Below are positions 48,328 through 58,828 of a DNA stretch of 61,712 bases, one piece after another. This stretch comes from an uncultured Thermus sp. GTDB taxonomy: Bacteria; Deinococcota; Deinococci; Deinococcales; Thermaceae. The stretch is taken from the NCBI GenBank assembly GCA_947085095.1, contig CAMTVD010000008.1, forward strand, positions 1 to 61,712, read 5' to 3'. How positions within the stretch are numbered: the stretch's first letter is position 1; the number at the start of each line of letters is the position of its first letter. The position numbers and the translations under genes are program-made. A model generated the notes under the pieces. It had not been told where the DNA came from and made no database searches. It was given only the letters and a program-made list of their open reading frames with translations.

Positions 48328-50472
48328 TTATGCCCTCCGCCCAAGCCCCGTCAAGCCCCTCTTGAGGAAGAAGGGCAGGCCCAGGAGGAAGCCCAGGAGG
48401 TTTAGGGAGGCCTGGGGAATGAAGAGGAGGAGGGCGATGAGGCCCAGGGCCCAGCTTTCGGGGCGGCTTAGGGGCCTCCGGGTGTAGCCAGCGGTGGAGG
48501 CGGAGAGGTAGATGATGCCCACGGCCACGGAGAGGAAGCGCTCCAGGATGATGGGCCAGGCCTTATCGGGGGGCAGGGTCTCCAGAACCGGCAGGATGAG
48601 GAGGCCCGTGCCCGTGTAGGTGAGGAGGAAGAAGAAGCCGATCAGGTACTTGGAAAGGGCTACCCGGGCGGCGTAAACCCCGGTGGGTATGGGGTGGGTG
48701 CCGAAGACGCTGGCGGCGGCGTAACCGGAGAGGGCCACAGGGGGGGTCACGTCCGCCAGGACGGCGTAGTAGAAGAGGAACATGTGGGTGGCGTAGACCG
48801 CGGCGATCTGGGCCATCTTGGGGTCCAGGCCGTAGGCGGTGAAGTTCTCCGCGGCCAGGGCGATGATGGCGGGGGCGGTGAGGGCTGAGGTGAGGACGTA
48901 GGTGGCCGTGGGGGGGACCCCCATGCCCAGAACCAGGCTGAAGAGGGCGGTGATCAGGGTGGCGAGGAGGAGGCTCTCCCCCGAGATCTGTTGCAGAAGC
49001 TGGCTGAACTTGGAGGGCAGGCCGGAGATGACCATCATGGAGAAGATGAGGTTGGCGGAGGTCACCGCGGTGCCGATGGGCAGGAGGGAGCGGAAGCCCT
49101 CCTCGAGGCCCCGGAAGATGGGCCCGATCCCCTGGGGCCTCAGGGTGGGGTCCAGGTAGGCCAGGAGGATGAAGCCCAACAGGGCCAGGCTGGCGGCGGT
49201 GCGCACCTCGTAGCCCAGGTAGAGGAGGACCACGATGAGGAGGATGGGCAGGAAGATGGGGCTGTAGCGGAGGACGTACCGCCTGCGCCCCAGGCCGATC
49301 TCCGCCGCCACCGCGGGCAGGCCTGCCTTGCGGGCGTAGAACTCGTTGAAGGCCATGATGGAGAGGAGGTAGAGGAGGGCCGGCCCGATGGCCATGGCCA
49401 TCACCTTGAGGTAGGGGATTTCCAAGATCTCCACCATGATGAAGGCGATGCTTCCCATGATGGGGGGCATGATGAGGGCGATGGTGCCGGCGGTGGCGGC
49501 GATGCCGGCGGCGGTGAGGCGGTCATACCCGGCCCGCTCGTAAAGGGGCTTGGTGAGGGTGGAGACGAACTGGGTGTCCGCGGCCCCCGAGCCCGAGAAC
49601 ATCCCCATGAAGGTGCCCGCCAGCCCCGTGACCCGGCCGGGGGTGGCGGGGCTTTTCCCCACCAGGGCCAGGGCCATGTTGGCCACCACCCGCCCCAGGC
49701 CCAAGGCGGTGATCATCCCGGAAAGGAGGGTGAAGTAGACCAGGTACTTGGCGGAAACCCCGGTGATGAGGCCGTAGATGCCCGCCTCGGTCTCGTTGAA
49801 GCTCTTGCCCAGGAGGAGGTCCACGGGCTGGGGGGCTCCGCGGAAGGGTCCGGGGAAGAGCTGGGCGTGGAGGTTGTAGCTGAAGAAGAAGAGGACGAGG
49901 ACCGGCATCACTGGCCCCAGGAGTCGGTAGACCACCCCCAGGAGGAGGAGGATGAGGGTGAGGCTCATCCCCGCGTCCCAGGCCTCGGGGATCACCGCCC
50001 GGTAGACCAGCTCCTCAAAGTAGCGGGCCTGGTACCAGGTGGGCAGGAGGGAGAGGAGGGCCCCCAGGAGGGCGGTGGGGCGCTGGAGCCTGGGGACCAC
50101 CGCCGGGAGGACGGCCACGGCCCAGACCAGGAGGCCGAAGAGGCGGACCTCGAGGGGCAGGTCCATGGCGGGGGGTTTGGGAAAAAGGAAGCTGTAAAGG
50201 GGCACCAGGCTGAAGGCCAGGAAGACCCAGGAGCCCAAAGTGGCCTTCCTGGGGGGGGCGAAGAAGCTCACCAGGTAGGCTCCCAGGAGGAGGAAGAGGA
50301 CGTGGGTGCTCCGCTGGAGCTGGACGATGTCCAGGAGGATGATCTCCGCCTTGGCCAGGGGGGTGAAGGGGTGGAGGACGAGGTATAGGCTAAAGAGAGC
50401 TCCCAGGATCAGGACCAGGCGGGTAAGCCGTCCCAAGGGGCTTGGGGGAAGGGTCGCGTGGATCTCCGCCAT
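48328..50472 (-). CDS. TRAP transporter fused 4TM/12TM permease
   Basis: MPPIMG, LGMGVP.TA.Y, HMFLFYY, TPPVAL. Confidence 0.92.
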   Translation of the reverse strand: MAEIHATLPPSPLGRLTRLVLILGALFSLYLVLHPFTPLAKAEIILLDIVQLQRSTHVLFLLLGAYLVSFFAPPRKATLGSWVFLAFSLVPLYSFLFPKPPAMDLPLEVRLFGLLVWAVAVLPAVVPRLQRPTALLGALLSLLPTWYQARYFEELVYRAVIPEAWDAGMSLTLILLLLGVVYRLLGPVMPVLVLFFFSYNLHAQLFPGPFRGAPQPVDLLLGKSFNETEAGIYGLITGVSAKYLVYFTLLSGMITALGLGRVVANMALALVGKSPATPGRVTGLAGTFMGMFSGSGAADTQFVSTLTKPLYERAGYDRLTAAGIAATAGTIALIMPPIMGSIAFIMVEILEIPYLKVMAMAIGPALLYLLSIMAFNEFYARKAGLPAVAAEIGLGRRRYVLRYSPIFLPILLIVVLLYLGYEVRTAASLALLGFILLAYLDPTLRPQGIGPIFRGLEEGFRSLLPIGTAVTSANLIFSMMVISGLPSKFSQLLQQISGESLLLATLITALFSLVLGMGVPPTATYVLTSALTAPAIIALAAENFTAYGLDPKMAQIAAVYATHMFLFYYAVLADVTPPVALSGYAAASVFGTHPIPTGVYAARVALSKYLIGFFFLLTYTGTGLLILPVLETLPPDKAWPIILERFLSVAVGIIYLSASTAGYTRRPLSRPESWALGLIALLLFIPQASLNLLGFLLGLPFFLKRGLTGLGRRA

Positions 50473-50483
50473 CGTTTTCCTCC

Positions 50484-50512
50484 AAAAATGGCCCGGGGCG
50501 GTCGCCCGGGCC
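50484..50512 (-). terminator. Terminator-like hairpin between TAXI copy 1 and the permease
   Basis: GGCCCGGG/CCCGGGCC stem followed by ATTTTT on the minus strand. Confidence 0.6.
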
Positions 50513-50530
50513 TCGCGTAGGCTTTGGTGT

Positions 50531-51520
50531 CTACTTTACGGCACCTGCTTCCTTCAGGTACTGCTCAGCCCCGGGGTGGAAGGGGACGGTGAACTGGCCA
50601 AAGAGCTTGGCGGTGTTGGCTATGGAGGTGTCCCTGGCGGCGGCCACCGCGCTCCTCAGGGTCTGCAGGTTGTCAAAAGTGGCCTTCATCATCCCGTAGG
50701 CCACCTCCTTAGGCAGGCTTTCCGGGCAGACCAGGACGTTGCCCGTGTTCAGCCCGGGCACATCGGTGCGGGTGTTGTAGACGTTTTTGGGGACCACCGT
50801 GGTGTCCAGGAGTCCGGGGAAGCGCTTAAGGGCCACCTGGGCGGTGGTGCTCTTGGGGTCAACGGGCACCAGGTAGATGCGGTCCCCCTTGCGGGCCAGG
50901 CTCTGGGAGAGCTCCACGATGGAGCCCGTGGGCAGGCCGCCCACCCAGAAGAAGGCGTCTATGGTGCCCTCGTAAAGGGCCTTGGCCCCCTCGGCCACGG
51001 GGAGGCGCTCCCGCTTGGCGAAGCTCTCCGGCTTCACCCCCGCCGCCTGGAGCAAGAGGAGGGCCAGGTTCTCGGTGCTGGAACCGGGCTGGCCCGTGGA
51101 TACCCGCTTGCCCTTCAGGTCCTGGATGACCTTGATGCCGCTTTTCTCGCTGGTCACCAGGTGGATGAAGGAGGGGTACATGTAGAAGAGGACCCGCTGG
51201 TCCTTGGCGGGCTTGGCCTTGAAGCGGGGCTCGTCCCCTGTGAAGGCCGAGTAGGCGGAGTCCGTGGTGGTGAGGGCGCAGTAGTAGGTGTTGTTCCTGG
51301 GGTCCGTGCGGTCCCGGAGGAGGAGGAGGTTGTCGTAGGAGCCCCCGGTCTGGACGGCCTGGGCCTCCGCCACCCCCGCCTTGTTGAAGATGTCCGCCAG
51401 GGCGGTGCCGTAGAAGAAGAAGACCCCCCCGGTGCTGCCGGTGCCGATTACCACCTTGGGCTTCTGGGCCAGGGCCAGGCCCATGGCCAGGAGACCGATC
51501 ACGAGAAGCGCTCTTTTCAT
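50531..51520 (-). CDS. TAXI-family TRAP solute-binding protein (copy 1)
   Basis: IGTGSTGGV, TGGS.DN, DLKGKRVSTG, FHPGA..Y. TTGACA-17-TAGCTT promoter at 51549-51577. Confidence 0.92.
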   Translation of the reverse strand: MKRALLVIGLLAMGLALAQKPKVVIGTGSTGGVFFFYGTALADIFNKAGVAEAQAVQTGGSYDNLLLLRDRTDPRNNTYYCALTTTDSAYSAFTGDEPRFKAKPAKDQRVLFYMYPSFIHLVTSEKSGIKVIQDLKGKRVSTGQPGSSTENLALLLLQAAGVKPESFAKRERLPVAEGAKALYEGTIDAFFWVGGLPTGSIVELSQSLARKGDRIYLVPVDPKSTTAQVALKRFPGLLDTTVVPKNVYNTRTDVPGLNTGNVLVCPESLPKEVAYGMMKATFDNLQTLRSAVAAARDTSIANTAKLFGQFTVPFHPGAEQYLKEAGAVK

Positions 51521-51560
51521 GCTCACCCCCGTATAGTTTTGCGCTCCTAAGCTACGCTAG

Positions 51561-52664
51561 CTATGAGGTTTTGTCAAGGGAGGATAGCCCTAGAAGCCGC
51601 ACCTGGAAGGCCCTTAGAAGGTCGGTCTTGCTGAGGATGCCCAGGAGGACCCCCCCCTCCACCACCAAGGCCCGGGCATAGCCCCGCTCCCCCATGCGCT
51701 CTAGGGCGCTTAGGGCGGAGTCCTCCGGGGAGAGGACCAGGGGCTCTTGCAAATAGCGGCCCACGGGGGCCAGAGGGTCGGCCCCCTCCAGGCCCTCGAG
51801 GCCCACCACCCCCAAAACCCGCCCCTCCTCCACCACGGGGAAGCCGGAGACCCGGTGGGCTAGGGAAAGCTCCAGGAGTTCCGCCACGGGAAGGTCCTTG
51901 GGAACCACTATGGGATCTCGGGTCATGAGGTCCTTCACCTTCAGGCCCTCCAGGGCCTGGGCCAGGAGGGTGGCCTCGGCATCGGCCCTCGAGGCCATGT
52001 AGACGAAGAAGGCCATGAGGATAAGGAAGGGGTTCAGGGCCCAGAGGCCGAAGAGCCCCAAGGCGAAGGCCACCGCCTGGCTCAAGGCCAGGGCCTGCCG
52101 GGTGGCCTGGAGGTAGGGCTTCCTGGTGGCCAAGAGGGCCCGGTAGACCCGCCCCCCGTCCAGGGGCAGGGCGGGGAGGAGGTTGAAGAGGCCCAGCATG
52201 AGGTTCACCAGGGCCAGGTAGTGGGTGAGGAAGCCCAAAGCCCCCGTCTCCTGGCGCAGGAGCCGGAAGAGGAGGGCCAGGGCGAAGCTCACCAAGGGCC
52301 CGGCGAGGGCGATGAAGAGCTCCTTTTTGGGCTCCCTGGGGATCCTTTCCAGCTGCGCCACCCCGCCCAAAAGCCAGAGGGTGATCCGCTGGGTGCGGAT
52401 TCCTAGGCGCTGGGCGGCCAGGGCGTGGCCCAGTTCGTGGAGGAGCACGGAGAGGAAGAGGCCTAGGGCGGCCACAAGGCCCAGGAGGAAGGGCCAGGGG
52501 CCCTGGAGGAGGCCAGGGTCCTGGGGCAGGCCAAAGAGTTCCAGGTAAAGGGGCAGGTTGCCGCCGATGAGGAGGGCGAGAAGGGGAAGGACCAGGAGAA
52601 AGGTCAGGTCCAGGTGCAGGGGGATGCCCAGGAGGCGAAAGAGGGGAAGGCCGCGCTGGAGCAT
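51561..52664 (-). CDS. Site-2 (M50) protease with CBS domains
   Basis: HELGH, AGP, FNLLPALPLDGG, C-terminal CBS pair. Confidence 0.93.
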   Translation of the reverse strand: MLQRGLPLFRLLGIPLHLDLTFLLVLPLLALLIGGNLPLYLELFGLPQDPGLLQGPWPFLLGLVAALGLFLSVLLHELGHALAAQRLGIRTQRITLWLLGGVAQLERIPREPKKELFIALAGPLVSFALALLFRLLRQETGALGFLTHYLALVNLMLGLFNLLPALPLDGGRVYRALLATRKPYLQATRQALALSQAVAFALGLFGLWALNPFLILMAFFVYMASRADAEATLLAQALEGLKVKDLMTRDPIVVPKDLPVAELLELSLAHRVSGFPVVEEGRVLGVVGLEGLEGADPLAPVGRYLQEPLVLSPEDSALSALERMGERGYARALVVEGGVLLGILSKTDLLRAFQVRLLGLSSLDKTS

Positions 52665-52700
52665 GCCTCAGTATAGGTCCACCCGGGGTCGGTCTGGTAA

Positions 52701-52714
52701 TGACTGGTCGGTCA
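52701..52714. promoter_or_regulatory. Candidate TetR-family operator
   Basis: Near-palindrome TGACTG-GT-CGGTCA just upstream of the MFS -10 (TAAGCT 52719-52724). Confidence 0.55.
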
Positions 52715-52730
52715 GTCTTAAGCTAGGGGG

Positions 52731-53927
52731 GTGCTGGCCCTGGCCGTCCTAAAGGACCCCCGGTACCGAGCCTACTGGCTCGCCCTCTTCACCTCCCAGA
52801 TGGGTACCTGGATGCAGGCCGCCGCCCAGGGCTGGCTGGTCCTCCTCCTCACGGGGAGCGCCGAGCGGCTGGGCCTGGTGGTGGCCTTGCAGTTCCTGCC
52901 CGCCCTCCTCTTCTCTTTGCCCGCCGGGGTTCTGGCGGACCGCTACCCCAAGCGCAACCTCCTCCTCCTCACCCAAGGGGGGATGATGCTCCTGGCCCTC
53001 CTCATGGCCCTTTTCATCCTTACCGGCTTTGTGCGCTATGGGCATGTCCTGGTCTTCGCCTTCCTCTACGGGGCTTTGAACGCCATGGACCTTCCCGTGC
53101 GCCAGAGCTTCACCGTGGAGCTGGCGGGCCGGGAGCGCTACCCCGGGGCCATCGCCCTGAACTCCTTTGGCTTCAACCTAAGCCGCCTTGTGGGCCCCGC
53201 CCTGGCGGGGTTTTTCATCGCCCTCTATGGGGTGGGGGTGGCCTATCTGGCCAACGCCCTTTCCTTCCTGCCCTTGATCCTCGTCCTCCTCCGCCTGCCC
53301 CCGGGGCCTGGGGGGGAGGAGGGGGACGGGCGGTGGTGGCGGGAGGCCCAGGAAGGGGTGAGGTTCGTCCTGGCCCATCCCCTGGTGCGCCGGGTGGCGG
53401 GCCTGGTCCTCTTCGCCAGCCTCCTGGGGATGAACTTCCAGACCCTGGTGCCCGCCTATGCCCGTTTGGTCTTGGGCCTTTCCGCCACGGGGTACGGGTT
53501 TTTGCTGTCCAGCGTGGGGCTTGGGGCCCTGCTGGCCGCCTTGGTCATGGCCTTCACGGGAAAGCCGAAGCCTGGGAGACTCCTCCTGGGGGTCTTCGCC
53601 CTGGCCCTGGCCCATTTAGGCCTCTTCCTTCCCCTTTCTCCCCTGGTGCCCCTCTTCCTGGTCCTGGGGGGGTTTGGCATGATCTCGGTCCTCATCAACG
53701 CCAACACCATGGTGCAACTTTCCGTGCCCGACCGCCTGAGGGGCCGGGTCATGGCCGTCTACAGCCTGGTCATGCTGGGCACGGGGCCTCTGGGAGCCTA
53801 CCTCACCGGGCTGCTCTTTGAGCTTTTCGGGGGAAGGCTCGCTACCCTCGCCCTCGGGGGGCTGGTTCTCCTGGTGGGCCTTTCCCAGCTAAGGCCCTGG
53901 CCTAGGGGGTCCAGTCCCCCGGCCTAG
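52731..53927 (+). CDS. MFS transporter (efflux type)
   Basis: About 12 [12 protein letters not shown] motif A, P..LRGRV. Confidence 0.92.
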   Translation: MLALAVLKDPRYRAYWLALFTSQMGTWMQAAAQGWLVLLLTGSAERLGLVVALQFLPALLFSLPAGVLADRYPKRNLLLLTQGGMMLLALLMALFILTGFVRYGHVLVFAFLYGALNAMDLPVRQSFTVELAGRERYPGAIALNSFGFNLSRLVGPALAGFFIALYGVGVAYLANALSFLPLILVLLRLPPGPGGEEGDGRWWREAQEGVRFVLAHPLVRRVAGLVLFASLLGMNFQTLVPAYARLVLGLSATGYGFLLSSVGLGALLAALVMAFTGKPKPGRLLLGVFALALAHLGLFLPLSPLVPLFLVLGGFGMISVLINANTMVQLSVPDRLRGRVMAVYSLVMLGTGPLGAYLTGLLFELFGGRLATLALGGLVLLVGLSQLRPWPRGSSPPA

Positions 53928-55020
53928 GGCCAAGGCCCAGCCGCCAGGCCACCCCCTGGGCCACCCGCTGGCCTGCCCTTCCGTCCCCGTAGGGGTTCTT
54001 GGCCTGGCGCATGCGGGCAAGCTCCTCGGGGGTTTGCAAAAGATCCCTCACGGTGCGGTAGACCCTTTCCGGGTCGGTGCCCGCCAGCTTGAGGATGCCC
54101 GCCTCCAGGCCCTCAGGGCGCTCGGTGACGTTCCTCAAGACCACCACCGGCACCCTCAAGGCCGCCCCCTCCTCCTGGAGGCCCCCGGAGTCCGTGACCA
54201 GGAGGAGGCTTTCCTTCATGAGGGCGGCCATGGGGCCGTACTCCAGGGGGGGGAGGAGGACGAAGTTCTTCACCCCCTTGAGGACGGGGAAGACCGCCTC
54301 CCGCACCACGGGGTTCAGGTGCACGGGGTAGACGAAGGGGATCTCCGGGAAGGCCTCGGCCACCTTCCTCAGGGCCCGGGCAAGCTCGGGAAGGAGGGGC
54401 CAGTTCTCCCGGCGGTGCATGGTCACGGTCACGTAGGGGCCCGGGGGAAGACCCTCAGGGAGCTTCCCCAGCTGGGCCGCCAGGAGGACGGCGTCCACCC
54501 CCGTCTGCCCCGTGACCAGGATGCCCTCCTCCGGCTTGCCCTCCTTGAGGAGGTTGGCCTTGGCTAAGGGGGTGGGGGCGAAGTCCAGGTCGGTGAGAGC
54601 GTCGGTGAGGCGGCGGTTGGCTTCCTCGGGGAAGGGTTCTTTGAGGTTGTGGCTCCTCAGGCCCGCCTCCACGTGGCCCACGGGCAGGCCCTCCAGGAAG
54701 GCCGCCCAGGCCACGGCGAAGGTGGTGAGGGTGTCCCCGTGGACCAGGACGTAGTCCGCTCCCATTTCCTTCAGGGCCCGGGCCGCCTGGGGCAGGATGC
54801 GGGCCGCCAGGTCGGGGAGGGCCTGGCGCTCCTGCATCACGTCCAGGTTGCGGTCCTCCTGGATGCCGAAGAGGGAGAGGGCCTGCCGGAGCTGCTCCCG
54901 GTGCTGGCCGGTGAGGAGGACCAGGGGCCTGATGTAGGGGATCTCCCTTAGGGCCAGGTAGACCGGGGCCATCTTGGTGGCCTCGGGCCGGGTGCCGAAG
55001 GCCAGGACCACCCGCTTCAT
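53902..55020 (-). CDS. wecB: Non-hydrolysing UDP-GlcNAc 2-epimerase
   Basis: [33 protein letters not shown]. Confidence 0.96.
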   Translation of the reverse strand: MKRVVLAFGTRPEATKMAPVYLALREIPYIRPLVLLTGQHREQLRQALSLFGIQEDRNLDVMQERQALPDLAARILPQAARALKEMGADYVLVHGDTLTTFAVAWAAFLEGLPVGHVEAGLRSHNLKEPFPEEANRRLTDALTDLDFAPTPLAKANLLKEGKPEEGILVTGQTGVDAVLLAAQLGKLPEGLPPGPYVTVTMHRRENWPLLPELARALRKVAEAFPEIPFVYPVHLNPVVREAVFPVLKGVKNFVLLPPLEYGPMAALMKESLLLVTDSGGLQEEGAALRVPVVVLRNVTERPEGLEAGILKLAGTDPERVYRTVRDLLQTPEELARMRQAKNPYGDGRAGQRVAQGVAWRLGLGPRPGDWTP

Positions 55021-55175
55021 GCGACCCCCAGGAGCAGGGCCACGGGGATGGGGCTCATTTCCAGAATCTCCCCCTCAATGAGTTCCACCCGGTCCTTCTC
55101 CCGCAGAATCCCGGCTTCCAAGAGGCGGTGGTACTCCTCGGCGCTGAAGGGCCTCCGCTTGACCACGGCCCTCAT
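55017..55175 (-). pseudogene. Uma2 (DUF820) endonuclease remnant (52 aa)
   Basis: FSAEEYHRL.EAGIL...[15 protein letters not shown] joined to a PVALLLG tail. Nuclease core absent. Confidence 0.8.
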
Positions 55176-56260
55176 TCTACTTCCCGCAAAAGGGCCCTCA
55201 GCCTCCGGTAGGTGACCCAGCCCAGGCCCAAGGCCGTGGCCAGGAAGCTGGCCAGAATGGCCTCCCAGGGCATCCCCAGGTAGGCCATGGCCAGGAGGTT
55301 GAAAACCAGGGCCAGCCCCCAGAGGAGGAAGGCCGCCCGCCTCTGGGAAAGCCCCCGGGCCAGGAGGCGGTGGTGGATGTGGTCCTTGCCGGGGGTGGCC
55401 AAGGGGTTCTGGCCCCTGAGGAGTCTGCGGACCACCACCTGGGTGGTGTCCAGGATGGGGAGGAGGAGGAAGAGGGCGGGGGGGAGGAGGCCCAGGAAGG
55501 TGGTGAGCTTCAGGTTGCCCAGGAGGGCGGTGGCGGCCAGGGTGTAACCCAGGAAGTAGGCCCCGGCGTCCCCCAGGATGATGCGGCTTGGGTGGAGGTT
55601 GTGCCTGAGAAACCCTAAAGCGGCCCCCGCCAGGGCGGCCAGGACCAGGGTGCCCGCCGCCCAGAAGGGGAACTGGGCGGAGACGAAGAGGAGACTCATG
55701 GCGCTGATGTAGGCCACCCCGCCCGCCAGGCCGTCCAGCCCGTCCATGAGGTTCAGAGCGTTGGTGATGCCCACTACCCAAAGCCAGGTGAGGAAGAGGC
55801 CCAAGGCGGGATCCAGGGGCGTGCCGAAGGCGGCCTCAAAGCGCACCCCCACCGCCATGAGGAGAAGGGCGGCCAGGGTCTGCGCCAGGAGGCGGAAGAG
55901 GGGAGGGAGGCCGAACTGGTCGTCAATAAAGCCCACCAGCACCAGCCAGGCTCCCCCCAGGAGGATGGCCAGGACCTGGATGAGGACCTGTTCCACCAGG
56001 ATGGGCCTCATGAAGGCGGCCACCACCAGGGCCAAGACCACCCCCGCGTAAAGGGCGAGCCCCCCGGCGTTGGGGAGGGGTTCCCGGTTCAGGCGCCTCT
56101 CGTTGGGCAGGTCCGCCCAGCCCACCTTGAGGGCGAAGCGGCGCACATGGGGGATGAAGCGCCAGGTGAAGAAGAGGGCCAGGAGGAAGACGAAGACCAC
56201 GGTGAGCCACCCCGATCCCGTGGGCTCGGCCACCCCAATCCTTTCCAGGAAACCGCTCAT
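55172..56260 (-). CDS. Undecaprenyl-phosphate GlcNAc-1-phosphate transferase (WecA/TagO, MraY family)
   Basis: [30 protein letters not shown]. Confidence 0.92.
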   Translation of the reverse strand: MSGFLERIGVAEPTGSGWLTVVFVFLLALFFTWRFIPHVRRFALKVGWADLPNERRLNREPLPNAGGLALYAGVVLALVVAAFMRPILVEQVLIQVLAILLGGAWLVLVGFIDDQFGLPPLFRLLAQTLAALLLMAVGVRFEAAFGTPLDPALGLFLTWLWVVGITNALNLMDGLDGLAGGVAYISAMSLLFVSAQFPFWAAGTLVLAALAGAALGFLRHNLHPSRIILGDAGAYFLGYTLAATALLGNLKLTTFLGLLPPALFLLLPILDTTQVVVRRLLRGQNPLATPGKDHIHHRLLARGLSQRRAAFLLWGLALVFNLLAMAYLGMPWEAILASFLATALGLGWVTYRRLRALLREVE

Positions 56261-56883
56261 TTCGTCCCGTAGATCCGGTCCCCAGCGTCGCCCAGGCCAG
56301 GAACAATATAGCCGTGGTCGTTGAGGCGTTCATCCATGGCCGCCACCACCACCTCGGTATCGGGGTGGTCCCCGGCGATGCGTTCTAGACCCTCGGGGGC
56401 GGCGATGAGGCACATGAGCTTGATGCCCGTGGCTCCTCTCTCCTTCAGCAGGGAGAGGGCGTGGCTGGCGCTTCCCCCCGTGGCCAGCATGGGGTCCAGG
56501 AGGAAGACCCGCCTTTCGGCGATGTCCGGGGGAAGTTTGGCGTAGTACTGCACGGGCTTGAGGGACTCGGGGTCCCGGTAGAGACCGATGTGCCCCACCC
56601 GGGCGTGGGGGACCAGCTTGAGGATGCCTTCCACCATGACGAGCCCCGCCCGCAGAATGGCCACCAGGGCCAGCTTTTTGCCGGAAAGGACCTTGACCCG
56701 CGCTGGGGCCACGGGGGTTTCCACGGTGGTTTCCACAAGCTCCAGGTCCCGCATGGCCTCGTAGGCCACGAGGAGGGAAAGCTCTTCCGCCAGCTCGCGG
56801 AAGTCCTTGGCGCCCGTGCGTTGGTCCCTAAGGTGGGCCAGCTTGTGCTGGACCAGGGGGTGGTCCACCAGGGTGATCCTCAT
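56257..56883 (-). CDS. upp: Uracil phosphoribosyltransferase
   Basis: [26 protein letters not shown]. Confidence 0.97.
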   Translation of the reverse strand: MRITLVDHPLVQHKLAHLRDQRTGAKDFRELAEELSLLVAYEAMRDLELVETTVETPVAPARVKVLSGKKLALVAILRAGLVMVEGILKLVPHARVGHIGLYRDPESLKPVQYYAKLPPDIAERRVFLLDPMLATGGSASHALSLLKERGATGIKLMCLIAAPEGLERIAGDHPDTEVVVAAMDERLNDHGYIVPGLGDAGDRIYGTK

Positions 56884-56893
56884 CCCGAAAAGC

Positions 56894-57736
56894 CTAACAC
56901 GCCTTCCCCCTCCTGGGAAAGCAGTCTTGGAAGAAGGCGAGGGCCTTGGGGAGCTTCTCCTTTAGGGCCTCCGGGAACTCCTCGGGCCTTTTGGTGCGGA
57001 ACCAGTGGAGGTCGTGGAGGTAGGTGAGGGGCACGTAAAAGGCCAAGCGCTCCCGCACCTCTTTGGGATAGAGGCGGGCTAGGCGGAATAGGGCTTCCCG
57101 AGCCCTTTCCTCCCCCAAGAGGTCCAGGCTTCCCGTCTTGAGCAGGGCCAGGTCCCGGGCCGGGTCGTCCCCCCCGGCGCGCACCCAGTCCACCAAGATG
57201 ACCTCCAGGCCCTCCGCCCCGGGCTCCTTGAGGAGAAGGTTCCCCGCCCAGGCGTCCCGGTGGCAGAAGCGCCTTGCTACCCCGGCGGCCAGGTCCACTT
57301 CCCGTTTGAGGGCCTCGAGGAGGGCCCGGGCCTCGAGGACCGCCCCCAAGCTCTCGCAGAAGGACTCCAATCTTTCCAGAAGCTCCTCCCGGCCCACCTC
57401 CCCGGGCTCGGGCAGGCGGTGGAGGGAGAGGAAGAGGTGGGAGAGGGCGGGGAGGGTCTTGGCGGTGAAGCCCTCGGGGGAGAAGGGCCTCCCGGGGAAG
57501 CGCCGGGTCACCAGAACCCCCTGGCCCTCCGCCTCCACCACCCCCAGGACCAGGTCCCCTAGGCCAGCCCGGGCCATGCGCTTGGCCTCCAGGGCCGCCA
57601 GGTGGGCCTCCTCCCGCTTGTAGACCTTGTAAACCCTTTCCCCGTCGGTGTAGACCCGGGCCTCAAACCCCCCTAAGGGGGTGAGGCGGGCGAAGCCTTC
57701 CTGAGGAAGGAGGCCCTTGAGGGCGGCCACGGCCAC
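56894..57736 (-). CDS. APH/choline kinase-family phosphotransferase
   Basis: CHRDAWAGN Brenner motif, VDW, DPARDLA. Leaderless GTG 57736. Confidence 0.85.
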   Translation of the reverse strand: MAVAALKGLLPQEGFARLTPLGGFEARVYTDGERVYKVYKREEAHLAALEAKRMARAGLGDLVLGVVEAEGQGVLVTRRFPGRPFSPEGFTAKTLPALSHLFLSLHRLPEPGEVGREELLERLESFCESLGAVLEARALLEALKREVDLAAGVARRFCHRDAWAGNLLLKEPGAEGLEVILVDWVRAGGDDPARDLALLKTGSLDLLGEERAREALFRLARLYPKEVRERLAFYVPLTYLHDLHWFRTKRPEEFPEALKEKLPKALAFFQDCFPRRGKAC

Positions 57737-57754
57737 GGGGTTTATTCTAGCCCT

Positions 57755-58828
57755 GTGGAGCTTCTCCGCCTCGAGGCCACGGTCCTTTCCCTGGGGGAAA
57801 GGGTCCTCTCCTTTGACCGGGAGGGGCGGCCCTACCACTACTTCCGCCAGGGGCTCACCTACAAGCGGGCTTTGGACGGAAGCCTCCACCTTCGCTTTCG
57901 GGAGGGGGAGAGAAAGAGGCGGAGGCTCGCCAAGGAGGAGGCCCTGGCCCTTTACCAAGAGGTCCTGGACCTGGCCCGGCTCCACCTGAGGGACGAGGCG
58001 AGGCGCAGGGAGGTCCTGCGGTGGACCCCGGAGGCCCTCCTGGACCCCAGCCCTTACCGGCGGGCCTATGCCTGGCCCATCAGCATCCTGCCTCCCGACG
58101 CCTACCTCTCCGTGGTCCTCCAGGCCACCACGGGCTGTACCTGGAACCGCTGCGCCTTCTGCTCCTTCTACCAGGACCGCCCCTTCCAAAGGCGGAGCGA
58201 GGGGGAGTTCCGGGAGCACGTGGAGGCCGTTTTGGACCTCCTGGGACGGGGGCGGCTCCTCAGGCGCGGGGTCTTCCTGGGAGACGGGAACGCCCTGGCC
58301 CTTTCCGAGCCCCTCCTGCCCCTTCTTGAGGAGGTGCAAAGGCGTTTCCCGGGGGAGCCCGTCTTGGGCTTTCTGGACCTTTTCACCGGCCTTAAGAAGG
58401 AGGCCTCTTGGTGGGCCAGGCTCCGCACCTTGGGCCTTAGGCGGGTCTACATCGGCTTGGAAACGGGGCATCCTCCCCTTCTGGCCCTCCTCAACAAGCC
58501 GGGTCATCCCAGGGAGGCCATTTCCCTGGTGGAGGTTTTGAAACGGGCGGGGCTTTCCCTGGGGGTCATCCTCCTGGTGGGGGCGGGGGGGAGGGTTTAC
58601 CGGGAAGCCCACCTGAGGGAGAGCCTGGCCCTCCTCTCCCAGCTCCCCCTGGACAAGGGGGATATCGTCTACCTCTCCCCCTTCCAGGAGACCCCGGGCA
58701 CCCCCTACGCCGCCTTGGGCTTGGAGCCCATCCCCGAGCTGGAGGTGGAGGTATCCACCTGGGCGGAAAAAGTGCGGGGCATGGGCCTGAGGGCGGCCCG
58801 GTACGATATCCGGGAGTTTCTCTACTGA
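57755..58828 (+). CDS. Radical SAM protein of unknown function
   Basis: CTWNRCAFC (CxxxCxxC), FLGDGNAL, YIGLETG. Confidence 0.9.
   Translation: MELLRLEATVLSLGERVLSFDREGRPYHYFRQGLTYKRALDGSLHLRFREGERKRRRLAKEEALALYQEVLDLARLHLRDEARRREVLRWTPEALLDPSPYRRAYAWPISILPPDAYLSVVLQATTGCTWNRCAFCSFYQDRPFQRRSEGEFREHVEAVLDLLGRGRLLRRGVFLGDGNALALSEPLLPLLEEVQRRFPGEPVLGFLDLFTGLKKEASWWARLRTLGLRRVYIGLETGHPPLLALLNKPGHPREAISLVEVLKRAGLSLGVILLVGAGGRVYREAHLRESLALLSQLPLDKGDIVYLSPFQETPGTPYAALGLEPIPELEVEVSTWAEKVRGMGLRAARYDIREFLY

Noticed and set aside
56894..57736. Aminoglycoside resistance gene
   Set aside because: Only the generic APH/choline kinase fold is supported. It has host-like codon usage and no mobile context.
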